A DNA stretch of 64,000 bases from Hydrolagus affinis (GCA_012026655.1 JAAILG010000062.1:62001-126000), one strand, 5' to 3'; positions 50,101-63,255 are shown, counted from the first letter of the stretch. Numbers and translations are program-made. The notes: generated by a model not told the origin, from the letters alone.

Positions 50101-52365
50101 GCTATATTGTCTTTGAAACCTTTAGCTCTTTTTATTTGTGTTCAGCTGAATATGTCTAAACCACCTATACCCAAACATGGAAATTTATGTTCGCTGCCTC
50201 CATAAAATTGCGACACCCAGGACAGAGGAGAGTTGAGACCATCCTAGATGACAAACATTTCTTGCAACAAGAGGGAAGAGATGAATTAACTCATAGAATT
50301 GCTCCTTCTCCGAGTCTTGAACTTTAGACGCTGCAAGGCTCTTTATGGACATTAGTTAGATTTTTGAAAAGCTTTGCAGCTTTGGACCGTCTCTTGTCTC
50401 CTACTATATTCTTCAGCAACCTACGTAATAAATAACCTGTAATATAAAAGTGAAGAGGCACTGTGAGATATTAGGAGGCTCCTTTTCCTTGATCCCTAGA
50501 GGATCTAAACTCTACTGCCATTTATGTGCTTTTGGCTTAAGGTGACATATATATGGGAGTGGAAAAAAACTCTTCATTACAGATAAAGTCTACAAGCCTG
50601 CTCCCTGTAGTAAGCCCAATGCCAGTGTAAATGTTTGAGAGAAAATCTTTAATCCAGGGAATTTTTTTACAGTATTCCTTTTGGGAGGGAAATCTATAAT
50701 CCATTCACAATAGTGCAGCTGCAGAAGAGGAAGATGTTTAATTTTCTACAGAGATGTAAATATATATATTTTTAAGTTGATTTGATGCAAAACACACTTT
50801 TGCTTGGGCTAAGTCCATCCATTCTACTTTTATCCTCATTGGCAGTACAAAAATGCTACAAAAATACAAAAATGTTGTATCTTAGATGCCGACCTTTATG
50901 AGTATTCTATGCTAAGCACATTGCTAATATGTTTTTGGTGTATTAGCCATTTCAGGATGCAAGAAGTCAGTGCAAGATCAACCCCAATCTGCCTTGTTGT
51001 TTTCCTAACTGACCAGCATGTATTATGTGTTTATGGAGCCTTTTGGTGAATCGTCAGCATGTGTTGGGAAGGTATACCATCTTCATCCCCTCTCATCCCT
51101 TCCCCCCCACCTCCCCACAAAAAAAAACATTGTTGGATTATCGATCACAACTTGATTGGGAGCTAAGCTTGTTACAAGAAAGATGTACAAGAGTTGTCTC
51201 CCAGGCCACTGTCATGTACCTCCACAAGTCCAGCTCGAAGTGGCTGAGATTGGCAGAAGCCAGGGAGCAGGTCATTTAAGAGTGTGAATGAGTGAGAGTG
51301 AGTGAGTAGAAAAGGGAGAAAGAATACTTTTTTTTGCAACCAAGAAAAAAGCAACAAATCAGTGTGAAAAAAAAGTGCCACTTTAAGTTCTGTGTTAAAG
51401 ACCTGAATATTACTTAAAGTGATGTTAATGGGCGACTGCTGGAGATGACTTCACCTGACAACTGCTCAGTGCTTTTCACAGTTCTGGCAGCCACAGTACT
51501 ATTGCAGTGAATGCCCAATGGTGTTGTTCTGCCCAATTTTTTTTTGTCCAGAAATACAATCACTGCTGGATGTAAAGAGAGAACAGAAAGTCCAGCTGAG
51601 TGGATAAGTGAAGTGAGGGCCAGGCTGCTAAAAGGAAAACTTTTCCCTGTTAAATTCCCTCTCGGTGTAGCATTCAGCACACAGTTCCACCGACGACAGT
51701 GCCATGAATGTGTGGAAGAGACTCTCGCTGGACCTTTGTCTCTTTAGAAGCAAGAGCAGAAATTGAGTCACTCTTCTGCATCTGACCTTCAGTCATCTGA
51801 CTCTCAAAGCTGTGAGTGGGGACTGATGGAGCTGGTGCTTACACCACGTTTGATGTGTAATTCCATCCCTCCAGCATAAATGAACTGCCTCACCAGAGGA
51901 CCAATGGACCAGGTTTGTAAATCAAATCCAAAATGAAGAGGTACATTACCTAGGAAAGCCTCACCTCAGAGAGCCTCAGCCAAAACATCCTTAAAAGAAA
52001 GCTGTGCCCCTGCACAGCAATGCTGCTGTTTGACAATTCAGGAGATTCTTAATCTTTCATCTTTTATTGCAGATGTATGAATGTTACAGCCCCAAAAACA
52101 AAATGTATATTCCCTGCGCCTTACGTTTCCTCTCCCGTAAAGTCTGCATATTAATAACATAAAGAAATCTATTGCCCACACGATAGTTCACACGCAGCCT
52201 CTTTAGCAGTGGACCCCAAACATTAGTCTCTGCTTTCATATTTCAGAACCAACAGAATAAAAAGACAGACTTTCTTTTTTTAAAAAAAGAACCCTATGCA
52301 AAACATCACAAATAAGTCGCAAACATTTTTTTTTAACTTTAAGGTTTCTCTGCATCAATCTCCAA

Positions 52366-52581
52366 CCCCCAACCCCCCCCACCCCACCCAACACACACAC
52401 ATGCGCGCGTCCGACCCTTCACCTGAATAAGAAGCTACTCTGGAATACTGCAGTTTGACTGTAGGTTAGCAAGTTGTCTATCCGATTTTTTTTCATGTTA
52501 TTTTCACCGGCTTTGCTGGAAAGAATGCAGTGGCGTATTGAGGTCAATGCTTCGGGGGAGGGAGGAGGGGGGTGGGCGGGG
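52366..52581. promoter_or_regulatory. G-quadruplex motifs on opposite strands with a GC box
   Basis: C-tracts 52366-52389, (CA)n, tgcgcgcg; G-tracts 52554-52581 including gggcgggg. Confidence 0.35.
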
Positions 52582-55089
52582 AGGAAGAGCACCATATACA
52601 CCACAACCTGATGGAACTGAAAAGACCTTCTCTCTTTAAAACACGTTTGATTTCAATATAGGTTTTATGCGAGATAGCAACCATAAGAAAAACCTTCACT
52701 TGAGTGAAGCAAGGGAAAGCAAAATATAACCATGAGAGTAGGATCTCTCTGAACCGATTTAGTTATAACACCAGGTCGGATTGGAAAGCGTACAGTCCCC
52801 TTGAATCCTCAGTGTCTGTGCCATGTAAAGATTGACTCACTGGAGCATTTCCAAGTCTCCTGACATAGAACCTACACTCACTAAGGTTTAGTGGCCCTGA
52901 TCACTATACCTGCCTGTTCCCATGCTTTTATCTCTATCTTTATCAGAGGAATTATTGTATGTTTGCAAGATACATGGTTGCAATCATTTTTGTTTCCAAA
53001 AATGTACGAGGGAATCTTTGTGGTCTGTCTTACAGAACCTTGTGATTTACTTATGAATGCTGAATATTTCTGATGATTTACTTATGAACCCTGTGCCATG
53101 GGTAAATCTACATTGAAACCAAACCTGTTGTAAAAAAAACAGAATGCACTGTGGAAATGTGACAATGTTTAGCAATGGTGAACAGGAATGAGACGTGCAA
53201 ATATAGCATAGAGAGGAACATTACTAAAATTGTGGTCTATTCTAAAGAGCAAATCTATGTTTTGTTTAACGACTAAACTTAGTCCAATTGTATTCAAGGT
53301 TAATCATTCAAGGTTGGTTGGGTGTTTGGCACACACAGAAATGTACTTATATAGACACCACTTGCACAAGGAGATTTCCCTTTGTCTGGAATCGAGTACA
53401 CATTCTCTCTCACAACTAAGTCTAGAAAATAGTAGTAGCAGTTGCAGTTTGGCGAGAGTCAAGGTTTTGCGACCCCAAGTGTTTTGGCTGGGCTGATCCT
53501 GATGTTTAACTAGCAAACACATAGCTTGCATTTAGAACACTGTTTGGCAAGCCTCACTGTTTTAAGGGCTTCAGCTTTCAGGGTTAACGGGAGCTGAGAG
53601 AGGAGAATCTCACCCCCCCCCCACCCACCCTCCCACCACCACCAAGTGACTTGTCTGCCCCCTTCAAGTCCTGCTGACGAGCCAGTCTGGCTGGTCTGAA
53701 CAGTAAACTGTAACATGGTTAGAACTGTAAAGCGACAAGAATTAAAGCTGGAATATGTTCTGACATTGTAGACCTTGTTTTATTTTCAGGCTGTCGGCTG
53801 GATGTTTGTTGGGCCAGGTGGGGCTTTCACATGAATAGAGGTTCTTTAACTGGAGCATATCCTACACAGCGCACCTGGCCTGTGTTTGGAAAAGAAAGTC
53901 CCTCTTGTTTTGCTAGGGTGAAAAGCATAAAGGCTGAGGCAGCTTAATTTATCCCAAAAGAATGCAAGTTCAATAGGTAGGTTCATCGCAGGTAATTTAT
54001 TTGGAACACAAGTCTGAGGATTCAAAAGATGTGGCGTAAACAAAAATACTTTGAGGAATAAATATCCCCAAAACATGATTTTGTAAAGCAGAGAGGACTA
54101 TTAAGTCCTCGAATCAGTAACGTTTCCAAAGAAACAGAGAAGTAAAAATCTAAGGGTGTGTATTCACCCTTAGAATAATTGCAATATAAAGTGTCTGGTT
54201 TGTTTAAAGGGAAATTTGTTCTGTGGCCATGTGGAACGGGAGTAACTCTCACTGCAATATTTGTACATTGCTTGTAATGTACACAACCAACCTACTTGCA
54301 AAAAAAAATAGAATTTATCCCAATCTTTGCAGGAATTTAGAGAAATGAGATCTTGTCTGTCATTTGATGCTATCTTACAACAAGGTATTCTCTGTGGACC
54401 AGTTGATCACAGGATTCTCATTCACAAACAGACAGGTTAAACACTTAAATGCTAGCAAATCCTGCACAGCCCTGTGGGAAATTTCAGTTTAATCCCAAAC
54501 TTATAGGAGGACAATCAAAGCCCAAAGCCAGGGTAACAAATCTGATCCTCTGTTACAATCTGTGCCCTCATGGGACGTGAGAGTCACTCCCCATACAAGA
54601 CTGAGATGGATAAATACCTAAATGATGAGATACACTGGGAATGCTGGAGAGGCATCTAGCTTTGGCCATTCACTTTCAATTTCACATTACAGTGTGAAAG
54701 GCAATTCTTTCCCAGAATATAGCAGACAGTCCTGATTATTATAAGTTGAAGTGTAGCTTAAGGAATGATTAATGATGGTGTCAGCAGAAAACAAAGCTGA
54801 ATGAGAGTTATCTCCAATCCACCTGCTCACAGATGGAATGAAAATGGCCCCAGCATGCCCTGATATTAAAAAAAACCAAAAGGGAAGGTGTTTTGCAGTA
54901 GATATGTATGAAAAAGATAACATGCCATGCATCTAAGGTTCTTTTACCTCAAATAAATCATTATTTCTTAAATGGAGCTCAGTAAGTGATCAGTATTACA
55001 AACACGGCATGCCTCACATTACTCAATTTAAAAAAAATCAAATGCAAGCAAGTCCCTCTTGCATAGATATCAACATTAGGGGGATGAGA

Positions 55090-55290
55090 AGGGGGATGAG
55101 AAAGTCTCACTTTGATGATGGTGCTCATCAGATCAGAAACCATCAGAAGGAAGACTGTTCAGCAGTAGCACAATGCTGCCACCGTGTGGTACCTGCTGGA
55201 TATAGCATGTGAGGTGCACCATTCCTGGAGAAGATAGAAGACTTCAGAAGTAAATGGATGTATCAAGTACACCAGCTATAATGGCTATAA
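55090..55290 (+). mobile_element. Possible decayed Myb/SANT-like ORF
   Basis: RKSHFDDG, RLFSSSTMLPP..W, EDFRSKW across frames; weak. Confidence 0.28.
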
Positions 55291-56505
55291 ACCATCAATT
55301 TTCTTCTTATCTCACAGATAAAGCCAAGCCGCTAGAACCTAATGCATGTATAGTGAAAAAAGGGTCACATTTGATGGAAAAGGAGGGATGAGAAGCCTAA
55401 TTATTAACATCCGTCTGAAGGCATAGGGCCCGAAGGATGGGATTATAAGGATTAATCTGTGTCTGTCTGTCAAAAAAAAGTCTCAGTCATGACTAATTGT
55501 ATTGTCACAAAACTTCTTCTCATAATCAAGCTCCATTAGCTAAACCCTGGAAAATTTGTTACCTCTGGCCATTTTAATGAAAACCACGCTGCATAACACT
55601 GCCATGCAAGGATATGGAGATGTATCACACCATCATATCCATTCATTTAAGATTCAAGAATTTGGCCTGTAATTTTCATTATTCATTTTGCGTCTGAGCA
55701 TTAAATAACTTTTACACTTGTATCCTTTTCTTTGCAGCAAATGGTTACAATAAATGGTAGAAACTAGGTACAATTTGTTGGTTACCCTCAAATGATTCTA
55801 ACCAACATGTTCCAGTTTTATCCAATATAGTGAAGCTGCTTAACATTAACCTTTGTCAGATATTCCTATTTATTCTTTCGATACTGTGTTAAATCTACAA
55901 TAATGGAATTATTGTTTTTTGTCAGTTGTGATTTGGGGATTGTGATGTGCTTGGTTTTGAGTTTGTCGTGCACAGCCTTGTGTGAGGATGAAGCCCCGGT
56001 TTAGAAATATGGGCTCAGTTCAGATTAATTAGGATTAAATCAGGTTGCAGCTTTCAAAATTTTCCAAGGTAAAGACAATAGGCAGGAATAAAATTCACAG
56101 TTATCCAGTCATCCCAGGCTACCAAAATACTAACTGTTAAACATTAGAAGTCCAATTAGTTACCACAAAAATAGGACACTCATGTTCAACGTGGCGTCTG
56201 GAGCTGTTTATACTATAGTTTAACCATTTCAATGAACAGTTGTGTCTCAGAACAATTCATAGTTCCAGATGCAGCAAGCCAATTTTGTTAACATGTTAAT
56301 GGTAATAGCTCACCAAGAAAAGAAAACACACACTCAGCAAGTTGGGCCAAAATTCCCTGCTCAAACCTTAACTCCTTTTTTACCCTCAATTCAATCTTCG
56401 GAGAAATGCTATATTCAAAATCCTAACGTTAATCAAATATAACTAGCAACGGGTGGTATGAGAAAAACAATATGTGTTTATTTGCCACCCAGAGTTTTAA
56501 AACCT

Positions 56506-56642
56506 NNNNNNNNNNNNNNNNNNNNNNNNNNNNNNNNNNNNNNNNNNNNNNNNNNNNNNNNNNNNNNNNNNNNNNNNNNNNNNNNNNNNNNNNNNNNNNN
56601 NNNNNNNNNNNNNNNNNNNNNNNNNNNNNNNNNNNNNNNNNN
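56506..56642. other. Assembly gap (137 N)
   Basis: Run of N. Confidence 0.99.
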
Positions 56643-57691
56643 CTCCCTCTGTGCCTGGCAGTGTAACTAAGAGGTGCAAAGCAGACAAACTATACCTTCC
56701 TTGACATGCTGGCTGATTTTCAAATGTGTGAATAATCCACAGAGTGGCAGCTTCACTCAAAAGCATGTGAGCCATGCACAGCTAGTGTGTGAAAGAAAAG
56801 AACAGGGCTTTCATCAATGGTGGCAATCGCTAGAAAAAAGAAAATGATATGAAGGTAAGGTGGCTGTTAGATAGGTACAACAGAGAGAGAAAGTGATAGA
56901 GGCTATTGGGAGAGTAGGAGAAGATTGGGCCATAAAACGAGAACAATGAGAGGAGGAACAAGACGATATGTAAAGCAATTAGAGACTTGGAGACCTGTGG
57001 TAGAGAGAAAGCCAGTGAAGCATCCAGACTGGGAGACAAACAAGATCAAAACATTGGGAAACCTGCAGGAAAATTGTTACTGAGAGAGAAAGAGAGGTAG
57101 ACGGAGGCACAAAAAGAAAGGCATAGGATGAAGAGACAGCGATCCTGAGTGAGGGAATGATGAGGAGATCAAAAAGTGAGCAATGGCACTGAGGCATTCT
57201 AGGAAAATAAAAAAAAGTAAGTGAGTGCAGACAGGCAGGTCGTTAGAGGAATGTATGTTTTAAAATAGAAAATTTTCAAAGGATATGAATTTTTCTGGCC
57301 AAAAGCACTGTTGTTACCCACCAGACAAGTGCTCCAACCACAATATAGTCCATCCATTAAGCTGCAGTAATTCCATGAATCATTCTAAGACATGTGTCTG
57401 GCAGAAAGGTGCTGTGTCAAATGCAAAGATTATTATTATGACTATTTGCTATTATTACTGCACTTCCTATAAATGGTGCTTTGGTAAAGCACTTTAAAAC
57501 ATTCTTATTATTACAGTATATGTGCTTGCTACTATATAAGTACAAGTTATTTTGTATTTTAATTATTGAGACTTTATTTTATTTATTATTGTTATTTCAT
57601 TTTATTTTAATTCAAGTTTCCTTGAAATGCCTCTATTTACCTAGCAGTAAGTAGGAACCCGCTCATTAGTCGATTGGCAGATCATTTTCCA

Positions 57692-57880
57692 GGGATAATA
57701 ATCCCTGCAAAATAATAATAATGTGGTCACTCAATCTATGACTGTTTATGGGACACTGCTGCACCCAATTGGCTGCCGTATTTCGCCCACAAACACCCAG
57801 TCACTACACTTTACAGTCTATCCTGTGAAGCACTTCAAGACGTCTCGGAGACATGTTATGGCACTATATCAATTTATTAT
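57692..57880 (+). mobile_element. SINE lacking the tRNA head
   Basis: gataataatccc..ctgtttatgggacactgctgcacccaattggctgccg..ggcactatatcaa, colinear with 5320-5520. Confidence 0.88.
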
Positions 57881-57944
57881 GGCCTTTTAATGATAAAGCT
57901 TTGTTTTCTAAAAAATTGCTACTTTCACAGATAAAACAAGAATC

Positions 57945-58260
57945 AATAACAACAACAAAATTACACTTGTATATCGCCTTTCACGTCAGGAGGACGTCCC
58001 AAGGTGCTGGACAGTAATTGTTTCAGACCCAAGCTGGGGTTGGGCACGGTGGAGGGAAAGTGGAGGAATTGGAGTGACCAATGGGACCGTCAAAAAGAGG
58101 GGGTTGCTTGGGGATAGTGGAGGGTTGCGAACAGAGATGGGAGCATTTTGGGAAAGCAGCACGGGTCAATTGTGGCAGCCAAAGTGTGTACGCTGTGACT
58201 GGGAGCACGTAGAGGGGGTCAGTGAGACATGGTTAGCCCGCTGGGCTAGTGAGGTGGGGC
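57945..58260 (-). mobile_element. L2 3' fragment, (TTG)n tail type
   Basis: aacaacaacaaaattacac..cgcctttcacgtcaggaggacgtcccaaggtgctggacag, then purine-rich reversed ORF2 end. Confidence 0.75.
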
Positions 58261-58284
58261 AATATCTCATGTTGAATTGCTTGC

Positions 58285-58846
58285 CGACTTTTTCCTCCCT
58301 CCACATCTGGTGCCTCACCATCACTGCCTTCTTCCATCTCCACCACATTGCCTGTCTCCACCAATATCTCACCCCGAAAGCTACCAAAACCCTGGTCCAT
58401 GCCTTTGTCACCTCTCAGCTATTCCAACGCCATCCTTGCCGGTCTCCCCTCTGCCACCATTTACCAAATCCAGTTCATCCTTATGCTTGTGTTTAAATCC
58501 CTCCACTCCTCTGCACCCCACATGTTTCTAACCTCCTCTCTCCTCACAGCAGTACCCCACTGCTTCTGCTCTCCTGGGTCTGGCCTCCTCCTTGTCCCCC
58601 GAATCCTCCTCTCCACCATTAGCGGCTATGCTTTCAGTCACTACGTCCTGTAACTCCCTCCCTCAATCCCTCCATCTCACACCCTCCTTTTCCATTTTGA
58701 GGTCGCGCCTGAAGACCTTTCTGTTCGACTGCGCCCACGGTCACCTTGCCCCTCCCCGGGCTCTGCCTCGGGCTCCACTATTGTGAAGCACACTGAGACG
58801 CCATCTGTCGTGGAGGGCATTATATAAATCCAAGTTGTTGTTGTTC
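58285..58846 (+). mobile_element. L2 LINE ORF2 C-terminus + tail
   Basis: TAFFHLHHIACL..KTLVHAFVTS/YSNAILAGLP..LVFKSLH..GLLLVPR..AFS..RSRLKTFLFD; tail ggagggcattatataaatccaagttgttgttg. Confidence 0.93.
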
Positions 58847-58929
58847 AAATAGGAATAGCTAGGAAGAGCATATTTAGGAAACATGTTGAGTTATAAAGAG
58901 AAAAAAGGATATCTATATTTACAGTGGAC

Positions 58930-59500
58930 AACCTGATTTCAAGACAATTTCTGTATCTACTTTTACAATGGGGCAAACTCCCCCATAGTGTTGCATATGT
59001 GCCGAGCAAACATCATTACCTGCCCTACACATGTGATGAGGTGGCACTCTACCTGACTGACAGGCGATGGAAAACTTCACAGAAGCTCAACACAACTGCA
59101 ACTGAAACACCTCAAGCAGCCCAAACAAAAGGCCATCAAAAGGAATACATTGTTCACATTGACTTTGCTCATGACCAGTTCAGGAAACCTATAATTCTCA
59201 TACTGATTAGCAGAATGTCAATTACAGGTGATTCATAACACTCTAAAGTTACACAAGAGCATAATCAGCCCATTGTGCCAATGTTCTACCGTATAGTTTA
59301 CGCTGTAAACTACAGCCTCTGAATAATGTGTGCTGCTGTGACAGAAGTTTTAAAGCCTCCTACATCATTGATTACAGGGTTTCGATGCCAGCAAAGGTCA
59401 GGTTTAACGTGTACAAAACAAAATTAGTGGGAGAACCACCTAGGGTTTCCGCAAAACTCAGGGGTGTTGCATTCCAGCAGGGAGTAACCTTGGTCTGAGC
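58930..59500 (+). mobile_element. Possible very old Harbinger transposase relic
   Basis: GIHCSH (GAIDCTH), LQVI, CDRSF, LITGFR, RFN..KTKLV in expected order; weak. Confidence 0.3.
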
Positions 59501-59589
59501 ATGTTCAATTTAGCTGATACGGTCTTCAGGTTAGATTGCATTTTAATGTGAATGAATCCATGGTTTGACAAGTTATTAATAATAAGAAT

Positions 59590-59955
59590 TAGTATCCTAG
59601 TATTTGATATAGTACCTCATCATGTCATCAAAATGTCTAAAAATTGTTTCACAAAATGAACTGTAAAGTGTAGTGACTGTAGTGACTGTATATTTATATG
59701 CAGACCCGGCTCTTAATTTGCACAGAGCAATGTCCCACTAACAGCCATGAAGCGAATGGTAAATTTTGTCTGCGATATTGTTGGCCAGAACACCGGGAGC
59801 AATATTTTTCTATTTTTGCATAGTGACATGGGATATTTAACATCCACCTGAACAGACAAACAGAAACTCTAGTTTAACATTTCATCTGAAGGAGGACACC
59901 CCTGACAATAGAGCATCACTCCCCTCAGCGTTGCATTGTAATGTCAGCCAATATT
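59590..59955 (-). mobile_element. Older long-core DeuSINE (SacSINE1-type)
   Basis: Reversed tail, aatttgcacagagcaatgtccca, ttggccagaacaccggg, catgggatatttaacatccacctg, cccctcagcgttgcattg..gtcagcc. Confidence 0.8.
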
Positions 59956-61363
59956 TATATTGGCTTTTAGCTAGAATAAAGTCATGGTTTTGGAAATCAT
60001 TCTCCTTTTAAGTTAAACACCAGGTGCACGAATGCTCTGAGCTTCACTCTGCAATATCTTCCTTATTCCCCTATCCTCCTTGCTCAGCTGCTAAAATTTA
60101 CCCTTGAGCTTCCCACTTGTATCTCATGGATACTTCATGCATCAGCCACAACATCTGCCTATACAACACAAGCAAAACATTCAGGCCCAACGACTTTTAT
60201 GCTCTGTTTTTTGTTCATTTGTTAAAGTTAAGTACTGTACCTGTTCCCAAAGTTAAAGCTCGGCCTTGCCCATATTTTGCATTCAATGGTATTTACAATA
60301 CAGGGCAGATTGTAAAAGAGACTTAGCAAAACCTAAGCTTCTTGATCCATGCTAAAATATGTGTGTTGAAATATTAATGATTCTTGTATGTGTGTGTATA
60401 TACCATAGTGAAAGCTTTGGCTTAACACCAGTGATACATTCTTACAATATGTCCACATTATAGAGCTTTTATTGCAAGTCCTTTCATTCAAGCCATATTT
60501 ATTGTGAGGTAAAGAATTTCACACACAGACACATCCCACATCATAATATTCCATTCAAACAGTATTGCCCATAATCAAGTGAATACATAAATGTCATCAT
60601 TAAACACAAGATGAAGTTATCCAATGGTTGTATATTTTTCTGCTCTAATTGGGCTTACCCTACTGAGCATCCCTTTTCTCAGACCTTGGGGATGAGGATG
60701 AGAAGCACTGGAGGCAGCGGTTTACAGTCTAAAGGATAATGAGCGAGACAGATCATATCCATCTAGTGTCTCCATCCATAGCCAGGCCTCGGGGCAAGGG
60801 TGTCTATCAGTGCTCTGGGGGGTCATAAACCATCCACATTTTCATTAGGAGTATTTTTGATGTAGCTACTAATTTGGCATTAATGCTGTTAAATTACATC
60901 TCTGGAAGTTAAAATGCCACCAAAAATGTTAAGTTCATGGTGATACAATTTAAATAATTTACTTAAAATGTGAAGTTGATAAGCACATTCTTTCAGAATA
61001 GCTCTAACCACACACTGAGTTAATGCCAAACACTTAATTTATCGTCAACCAGAACCTGTTTGATTAACATTAGCAGTGAATGAGGGATATGGTGAAGCAG
61101 AACTCGTGCCATTGTACTTTACAAGGGATACTGGAACATGGGAGGAGGTGAATTAAATAAGGGAATATTAAGATAAACAGGGATAGAACCAAACAAAGTA
61201 AATAGGAATGATGCTGTGAGTGATTTATTTCCCCCCCTCAGAGAGAAGCCTCAGGGCGATAAAGATTCAGCACTAAAGCTCAACTGGTATCAGCACACAC
61301 ATCTGAGTACAGTACTGTATCAGATAAGTCTAGGACGACTGTCATGTTAAGTGAAGCACTCAG

Positions 61364-61420
61364 GACAACATCAACAATTTGCATTTATATAGTGCCTTTC
61401 ATGCAGGATAGGAGCCCAGA
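61364..61420 (-). mobile_element. L2 3' tail remnant
   Basis: acaacatcaacaatttgcatttatatagtgcctttcatg. Confidence 0.65.
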
Positions 61421-62114
61421 GCATTTGGAATATTAATTTCATCACACCCCAACTAGCAGTCCCGCTTCGGAATTATTTTGACCGATTACTAAATCTACTC
61501 AACTAGATATTAACACTTTCTCTTACTTTCTTTGTGAAACACTTTAAATGAACCTCAAGGGAGTGGACGAGTAGCTCTCCCAATGCAGCCCTGAACCCTG
61601 ATACTGGCACTCAGCCTCAAAAAGAGGTGACTCAGTGAGCACCTTACAGAGATGCTAAATGTGATTTAGCAAGTAAACCCTGAACAATATTTTCTGGTAT
61701 GCCAAAGTATAAGAAGCAGAAGGCACAGTTTCAGGATTGTGAAAGGCAAATTCATCACCTTCATCTGGAAGGTTTTCTTTGTGTGGAGAGGTAATTAACC
61801 AATGGAGCATGTATCAGGAAGATTGGTTATGATGATGGGTGTTCTGGAAGGGTGTGATCAAATGGGCTCAAAGGCCATTTCATCCAACCACAGTTTGACA
61901 CTTCAGCTCAAGTAGGCTGATTTTCTCAATCTAAACTAGGTTGCAAGTGCATACTCTGAGGTATTCCTGTTTAAATAAAATCAAGATCAATTCTGTCTGC
62001 CAAAGGTGGGCACTGGCTCTAACTAGCCTATATTCCCTCTTAAATATGAGATGCATCTGTACATAAACTAATGTCCAGGTTATACTACACTTCTAATAAT
62101 AATCATGGTAGAGT

Positions 62115-62212
62115 AACAATAATCCTTGCATTTGATTTAGGGCATTATCATGTCATTGAGATGTCCCAAAGTGCTCCACAGAATATATTGTGAAGTGGAT
62201 TGACTTTGTGGG
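62115..62212 (-). mobile_element. SINE 3' fragment
   Basis: aataatccttgcatttgatttaggg..cacagaatatattgtgaagtggattgac. Confidence 0.85.
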
Positions 62213-63134
62213 CACTTCTCAAGGCAATACAATCGATAACTTCTGTTAAATCATTGTTGAATTCTGCTGCACAAATCACCTCCGGTTGATGTGAATGGCT
62301 GTGGCAAAATTGCAACATGCCGAACATTGGCTTCACTCGTCTCCCTTGGCAATGTGTACATGTGCTTCAGTGCCCTGACATCAGAATGTCACTGACGCGT
62401 CTGTGCATTTGTGGGAATTATTGAATCAGTTTCAAATTGAACGGTGCAAATTAGGTTCCAGATTTCCCGCCCAACATGTTACCACCACTTCACGACTGGA
62501 AATGTCAGGTCTCTTTCTGCCTGTGGTATGAAAGGAGCTTAAAAAAGAAAAGACAAATTACACTGAACCATAGGTATTAATAACTGCAGAAACTGCTGTA
62601 ACCTGCAAGTGATATCGACTATGAGGAAAACTGCTCTATATATGTATGTACAAGTTGAAAACCAACCTTCCAGCCACAAATGCTTGCTGTCTAAATTTCC
62701 ATATACTTAAGCTGGTGCTCGAACACCAGAGGTCCCCATTATCTGCACTGAACTCAGGAAGACAAAAGGATAATAGCACTTAAACCATCTAGCTATGAAA
62801 GGTAATTACTGCAGCTGTCTGTGACATGAAGCCTCTTCAAAACCTGAAGCCCTTCCATACATATTTTAAAGAATTTTTTGTAACTTAAGTTCCACGAAAA
62901 CACTGCTGTTTTTAGGCTTTAGATAAGTAGGCGTTAAGGCGCAAGTTTTCTTCATATTGGGGAAAATGATTGAACTTTGCAGCATGCGCTTATAAATAGA
63001 AAAATGTTGACAATTCGGCATTTTCATCTAGATTTTTCAAGTAATCTCACACAAAGTTTAAAATATACAGCTTTACAATGCTAAGGTGACATTGTGTGCC
63101 TGAATGTGGTTCAAAGTGAAACGATTCTTCTGCT

Positions 63135-63198
63135 TGGGCCTTGGGACGTCCTCCCGACGTGAAAGGCGCTCTATAAATGTAATTTGTTGTTGTTGTTG
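63135..63198 (+). mobile_element. L2 3' tail
   Basis: gccttgggacgtcctcccgacgtgaaaggcgctctataaatgtaattt(gtt)n. Confidence 0.85.
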
Positions 63199-63255
63199 CT
63201 GATAAATGTTCATTTAAAATTTATCAGGTAATTTATTAATTTTACAATAATAAAA

